Below are positions 56,714-64,000 of a stretch of DNA of 64,000 nucleotides, piece after piece (the first letter of the stretch is position 1; each line of letters starts with the position of its first letter). Under the pieces are notes generated by a model. The model did no database searches. It was not told the origin of the DNA and worked only from the letters and a program-made list of their open reading frames with translations. The DNA comes from Octopus vulgaris (lineage: Eukaryota), in the NCBI GenBank assembly GCA_951406725.2, contig OX597832.1:22816001-22880000 (forward strand), given 5' to 3'. Both the position numbers and the translations under genes were made by a program.

Positions 56714-57434
56714 GGGTATCTCCAAATACCAAACTTTTTCATTTCAACACTAGACCGAAAACCTGCTCTAATGCACTTAGAATGTCGTCGTTTCGCCTTC
56801 TTCGCTTCCAGTATACGGAAAATTCAACTGCTGTTTCACATCATCCACAATAACTTCAGAATACTATAACATTAATATCAAAACAATTTAAAGTGATATC
56901 AGATTTACAATTAAACGTCGTTATCAATCTCCCACAGGAAAAAAGAAAAAGAAAACATCTTCTGCAGGCACCTGAAAGAAGTAAAAAAAAAAAACACACA
57001 CACACAACCATATAACTACGACTTCTACGTATACATCGCTTCACGTATTTTAGAAGCGCTAGTTCAGATTCTTATCACATGTATGAACAAATGAAAAAAC
57101 GCATCAGGTTTTCTTTTGCGTTTCAGTGCCCGAAAAAAGGTTTCACACAAAACTACTTTCTGTGACTTTCGAAATATATACACTACATCATCAATATGTG
57201 AAGACCGCTTCCGATATCATCAAACCGCTTGCTTGATTTGAAAGCAAGGAAAAGATCTCTCACGTTGATAAAGAATTGTTTTTACTAATTCCGTTCTTTA
57301 ATTATTCTTGCTGGTGGTGAATGGTGTCTTCTCCCTTCGGAGTGTATGACCCCTATAAAATGAGGAATGCACTTTAAAGTAATTCTACCCTAAGATGTAG
57401 GCTGAGTGGTGAATTACTCCAACGGGGTACGACG

Positions 57435-57593
57435 GACTTCTTTCAGTTTCTGTCTACGCAAATCCACTCAGAATTCTTTTGTCGGCAAGCGGCTATAATA
57501 GAAGACACCTGCCCAAGTTGTCACGCGGTGGGGCTGAACCCAGAACCATGTGGTTGCGAAGCAATCTTTTTACAACACAGCCACTCCTGCGCC

Positions 57594-57625
<32 letters not shown>

Positions 57626-57862
57626 CGTGTATGCGTTGCCTTGTGTCTGTATTCGTTCCGCCATCACCGCTTGACAACCGGTGTTTTGTATATTTACGTG
57701 CACGTAATATAATGGTTCGGGGAAAGCGACCAATAGAATAAGAATTAGGATGAAGAAAATAAACCCTGGTGTCGATTTGTTCGGCTGAAGACAAACCCTT
57801 CATAGGCAGTGCTTCAACATGGCCGCAGTTGAATGACCTAAACAAGAGAAAGAATAAAAGAG
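57435..57862. mobile_element. Family A SINE pieces: head on minus strand, tail on plus strand, joined at (TG)n
   Basis: cagccactcctgcgcc at ~57578-57593, then gcttgacaacc..catggccgcagt on plus. Confidence 0.75.
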
Positions 57863-57932
57863 ATAGCCGAAACCATAGGATTTACGATTGCTGAACAGTT
57901 AATCACTGCACGAGAAATACATTTCAATGCAA

Positions 57933-58440
57933 TCTATATATATAAAACTCTAGTTGTGTGAGTGTCTGTCCCCTTCGATTTAGATTCCTAACTCCTCCCA
58001 CATTTTGCGGTGCAGTTTAACCAAATTCGGGTATCTTATAGTCGTGATTCATATCGAGCCCGTCTGACTATTAGCGCGCGTCAACGATGAGTCTACGATT
58101 TTAAAAATAATTTAACATCATTTTTTATTCCATTTTAATGCATAAAATGCATCGTGTGTCGATGGCGGCGGAGTTGGCGTCCACGCTCACAGCTGCACCT
58201 GTTTGCTTCTCCCCCTTCCCTCCCTCGTGAAGCTGTGGGGAAGGGAGTGTAAAGAAATCAACGTCGTAATGCGTTGTGAAGGAAACCAGCGTTCTTTTAG
58301 AACAACGACTTCATGGCTTGAAGAAACCAAAACAAAAATGGCTAAGAAAGCCCGAATTTATAAGGGAAGTAACTCTCTCTAAAAATGCTTATATAGTTAT
58401 TTCCCTTACAAACCCGAGCAACGCCGGGCGATACTGCTAG
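57933..58440 (+). mobile_element. Non-autonomous Helitron
   Basis: A|TCTATATATATAAAA ... cccgagcaacgccgggcgatactgCTAG|T. Confidence 0.9.
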
Positions 58441-58761
58441 TTATTAATACGAAGCGAAACCAGAGTAGTGCTCGAGTAAAAGCCGGACCGAACACAGATA
58501 GAAGATGGAGCGAAAACAGCCATAAAAGTGCAGATCTTGTGAATAATCATTTCTAATTTGGTCGAGAGATCAATAGTTTCAGGGTAAATGATAAATAGAT
58601 GGCGTCGTATACTTTTTTTCTCTTGATCTCGAAAGGATGAAAGGGTGAAAGTTGAAGCTCACCAGGATTTCCATTCAGAATGTAGAGAACCGGAAGAAAT
58701 AGAGCGAAGCATAAACCATGTTATCCGACTCTCTAATGGTCTGTCAAACCAACTGTAATGT

Positions 58762-58772
58762 CATACATACAC

Positions 58773-58812
<40 letters not shown>

Positions 58813-58820
58813 ACACACAT

Positions 58821-58882
<62 letters not shown>

Positions 58883-58920
58883 GTATATATGTTTATATAT
58901 ATATGTATATATATATGTGC

Positions 58921-58965
<45 letters not shown>

Positions 58966-58978
58966 GTATGTATGTATG

Positions 58979-59018
<40 letters not shown>

Positions 59019-59948
59019 CATACAAACATACATACATACGTATATACATATATACACGCACACATATACACACATAGATGTCTGTAAATATGTGCATATA
59101 TACATACATGAATATTTACACGCACATATATCCACGTGTATGTGTATACATTTATATGTATATATATATATATGTATATAGTATGTGTATATAGATTTGA
59201 GTGTGTGTGTGTGTACGTGTGTTGTGGGTCTATATTTGTGTGCCTGCAGCTTTGTGCATATATGTGCATATGTCACCAGGATTGTGTGTGCCTGTGTACA
59301 TGCATGTATATATATATATACGTTTTTACATATATATACACATATATATCGATGCCCAAAAATATATATATATACAAACACTATACAATAATGTTTGAAG
59401 GCATTTATTGGTTTCTTTCTGTTATCTATGTTTACGTATTTATATTTGTTTGTATATTTGTAAATGTATATGCATATGTATATATGTATATATATATATA
59501 TACATGCATGTGTGGTAGCGTGCGTGTTTGTGTACATGTGTTGTGGCTTCGTGTGTGTGTGTTTGTGTATATATATGTATATATGTATGTATATACATAT
59601 ATATACGTGTGTCTGTGTGTGAGAGCGCCTTTATGTGTATATATCCGTATTTGTGTATAGATGGGAATTTGTATTTGTATGTCTATATGTACAAGCATAC
59701 GTGTGCTTATATATATATATACACATGTATATATACACACATATATACATATATATATATATAGACATACAAATACAAAATCTCGTGGATACACAAATAT
59801 GAGCATATGCACATACATGCACTGATATACACACAGGAATAAATATATGTATATACATACATATATACAAATATTATATATATATATACAGACACACGCA
59901 GCGGCATGCATACACACAAACCCACAACACATGTACACACACACACAT
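58762..59948. repeat. Long degenerate (CA)n/(TA)n/(TG)n tract
   Basis: Direct reading. Confidence 0.9.
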
Positions 59949-59955
59949 GAGCCCC

Positions 59956-60531
59956 CACAGACATGCAGGAATTAAATAGACAGATTTGATTTTCAAAATT
60001 TCTGCTTTAAGCGTCTTAATATGTTTTCAGCGGTGTAGAATTTACAATGTAATTATTCTTTTCACCCCAGGTGCCATTTATATTAAACATTTGCGAATAG
60101 TTACCATGCCATGTACAAAAATTGAGCAGATCTGTTAGATTTTGAAAGAGATCGTATTGTTGGGCAATCTGTGGATGGTCTTAACCAGCGAAAAATTGCC
60201 GAAATCTTCAAATTCCTCTTGCTACTGTTAATAGAATTATAGTTCAATTCAAAAGCCAAGAAAAAAAGTCAACAGATTCTCGTCGCGGTCGACCTGGGCC
60301 CTCGGAAGGGAAGCTTCGCTGTTTGAAGAGAATTGTGGAAAACGAACCCCTTTCGAAGGCTTCTGACATTGCAAAACAGCTAGAAGTTAGTCCGAAAAGG
60401 TGTGTTACATATCTGCATAAGCTTGGGTATTATGGACGAGCAGCTAGAAGAAAACCTCTCCTTCAACCAATTAATATCAAGTAAAATATTTTGAAAATTA
60501 ATGGTGTCTATTTACTTCCTGCATGTCCGTG
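59956..60531 (+). mobile_element. Internally deleted Tc1-like transposon
   Basis: TIRs cacagacatgcaggaattaaatagaca / tgtctatttacttcctgcatgtccgtg; DFERDRIVG..QRKIAE..TVNRII..RRGRP..LHKLGYYGRAARRKPLL. Confidence 0.88.
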
Positions 60532-60536
60532 CATAA

Positions 60537-60577
<41 letters not shown>

Positions 60578-60578
<1 letters not shown>

Positions 60579-60772
60579 GAGGATAATATCGATATTTAAG
60601 TATCAAAATTACCAAGTGGCCAGCATGAAAGAAATACCTTACAAAGGTAAAAATTTTTATAACAATTAAAAATGAGGGTGTCTAAAAGACACCAACATGC
60701 CGAAATAGCAGTCGAAATTTCGACTGCTATTTCGGCATGTTGGTGTCTTTTAGACACCCTCATTCTTAATTG

Positions 60773-60777
<5 letters not shown>
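60578..60777 (-). repeat. (TA)n-embedded fold-back element, 2x60-bp palindrome at 60658-60777
   Basis: Centre gtcgaaa|tttcgac; one mismatch. Confidence 0.88.
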
Positions 60778-60821
<44 letters not shown>

Positions 60822-60907
60822 TATACATACATACATACATATATGTATATATAAATTAAACAAAATTTTTTATTATTATTGATAATATATATATGTGTGT
60901 GTGTGTG

Positions 60908-60957
<50 letters not shown>

Positions 60958-61164
60958 AATTTGTGGCATTCAGTCATGTAATAATATATATAGACATATA
61001 TATAGACATATACATAATTTATTTATATATATATATATATTTATTTATTCAGCGCATCCTGGGGTACAGAGGATTCGCAATCTAGACTAGAGTCTGAAAA
61101 TTTGCCACAACATAATGTGGTTACACCATGGTTCCTCTGCTTTGTGGTAGAAGTAGGATCATAG

Positions 61165-61321
61165 AGTGAGAGAAAATTGTGGTGAAAGAGTACAGCCGGA
61201 ACCTCGTGAAGCTTAGGTGTTTTTGCTCAATAAACGCTCAGAATGCCCTGTCTGGGAATCGAAACCGCGTTCTTACGACCGTGAGTCCCCTGCCCTAACC
61301 ACTGGGCCATCGCGTCTCCAT
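61165..61321 (-). mobile_element. SINE family C head fragment
   Basis: Matches 29880-30053. Confidence 0.8.
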
Positions 61322-61701
61322 CTATGTTGCTGTCGGTATTATCGTTGTTAAGCTGACTTGCTTGCAGAATTGTTAGCACGCCGGACAAAATACGTTCCGG
61401 TCTTATTTATTCCGGCTCTTTACATTCTGAGCTCAGATTCTGCCATTGTCCATATTGTCTTTCCTCGTTTCATGGTCGATGAAATATTATCAATTGTACA
61501 TTGGGGGTCGATATAATCGATTAGCTCCACGTCTCACAAAATTTCAGGCCTCGTGCCCGTAGTTGAAAAAAAAAAAAATTTTGTTAATGTTGTTGTTACA
61601 GAGGTTGTGTAATACACATGAATACAAATTCTTATAATAATATTTATCGGATCTTTTCAATCTCAGTCACAGAATTTCTAATTAATTTTAAAAGATACTT
61701 A

Positions 61702-63177
<1,476 letters not shown>

Positions 63178-64000
63178 GCGGTTATTAATTTCCCCGGATT
63201 TTATTATCACTGTGAGGCATCAACAGTAAAACATTTCCAGTCTTCTGCGACCAACCAATTCCCCCACCCCACTCCACGCCTCACCCCTAAACAAAAAGAC
63301 AAGAGCGTAAAATTCAAGCGTCTCTAAAGAAGCACAATGCCATCGTCGCTGGTCTACAAGTTACATATATACGTTGATAATTTCAACATTCCCTTATCGA
63401 CATTTATGTAATTATTGGTAGTTAGACTTTAAATCATAGAGCACATAAATGTGGATATATGCCGTCTAATACAATAATCTCCGAGGATACATATCACTAG
63501 AAATATAAATTTACGGCGATCGTTAATGATCTGATTTAATTATTGATTGTTATTGATCAATTTAGATAACTTTATATAAAAGTTTACAGAGCCGGAATCG
63601 AATTTAATTGGATACAGTGTAATTGAGCATGAGTTTCTAAAAGTTTGCTTGTGTGTATATGTGTGTGTTTTAAAAGATTTTTCTTTGCTACATATGATTG
63701 AAGTTCAAATCAATGTGAATACTGTTATGTGGTCTCAAGAAAACTTAGCAATAGCAGCGGAATTTAACTGAAATTTGATTTTAAATTTCTTTGCTGTGTC
63801 TTGGAAGAATCATTACCTCAATAACACTGGGTAATATTTTTGAAAAACAATTTAGTTGTCTTGCTTTTTACAATTAATCCTAGCTAATTTGATGGTGTTG
63901 GGTTCAGAAAGGCCCTCAGAAATTTTCTATCACGTCAAGATTTTTGTTAAACAGGAATTATTATTTTTTTTTTTTTTACCAAAAATGTCAATTTTTTCAT

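Noticed and set aside
58718-59964. YI, HT and VC dipeptide ORFs here and throughout
   Set aside because: Dinucleotide microsatellite artefacts.

Overview
AT-rich, microsatellite-saturated eukaryotic non-coding DNA, probably intronic or intergenic octopus (cephalopod) sequence judging from its tRNA-derived SINE families (inference). I recognise no host protein-coding exon. Almost all ORFs in the supplied track are translations of (TA)n, (CA)n, (TAA)n, (CAT)n and (GATA)n repeats. The real coding signal is transposon debris: two R4/Dong-type RLE retrotransposon 3' ends, two Penelope-like (PLE) GIY-YIG fragments, RTE LINE fragments, a Helitron Rep remnant, two non-autonomous Helitrons, and deleted mariner, Tc1 and pogo elements. 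There is also a 3'-truncated U6 copy. Main observations: (1) several minimal hammerhead-ribozyme motifs, including a back-to-back pair in a TSD-flanked fold-back and a U3-A8 compensatory variant; (2) a ~553-bp non-coding element found only in (TAA)n, directly downstream of and co-oriented with Dong-type 3' ends, including a three-copy array; (3) (TA)n-embedded snap-back palindromes and a covarying terminal structure; (4) a PLE GIY-YIG domain with a ~125-aa Asn/Ser-rich insertion; (5) SINE tails that match LINE-like 3' ends in the same window. All alignments and folds were done by eye.
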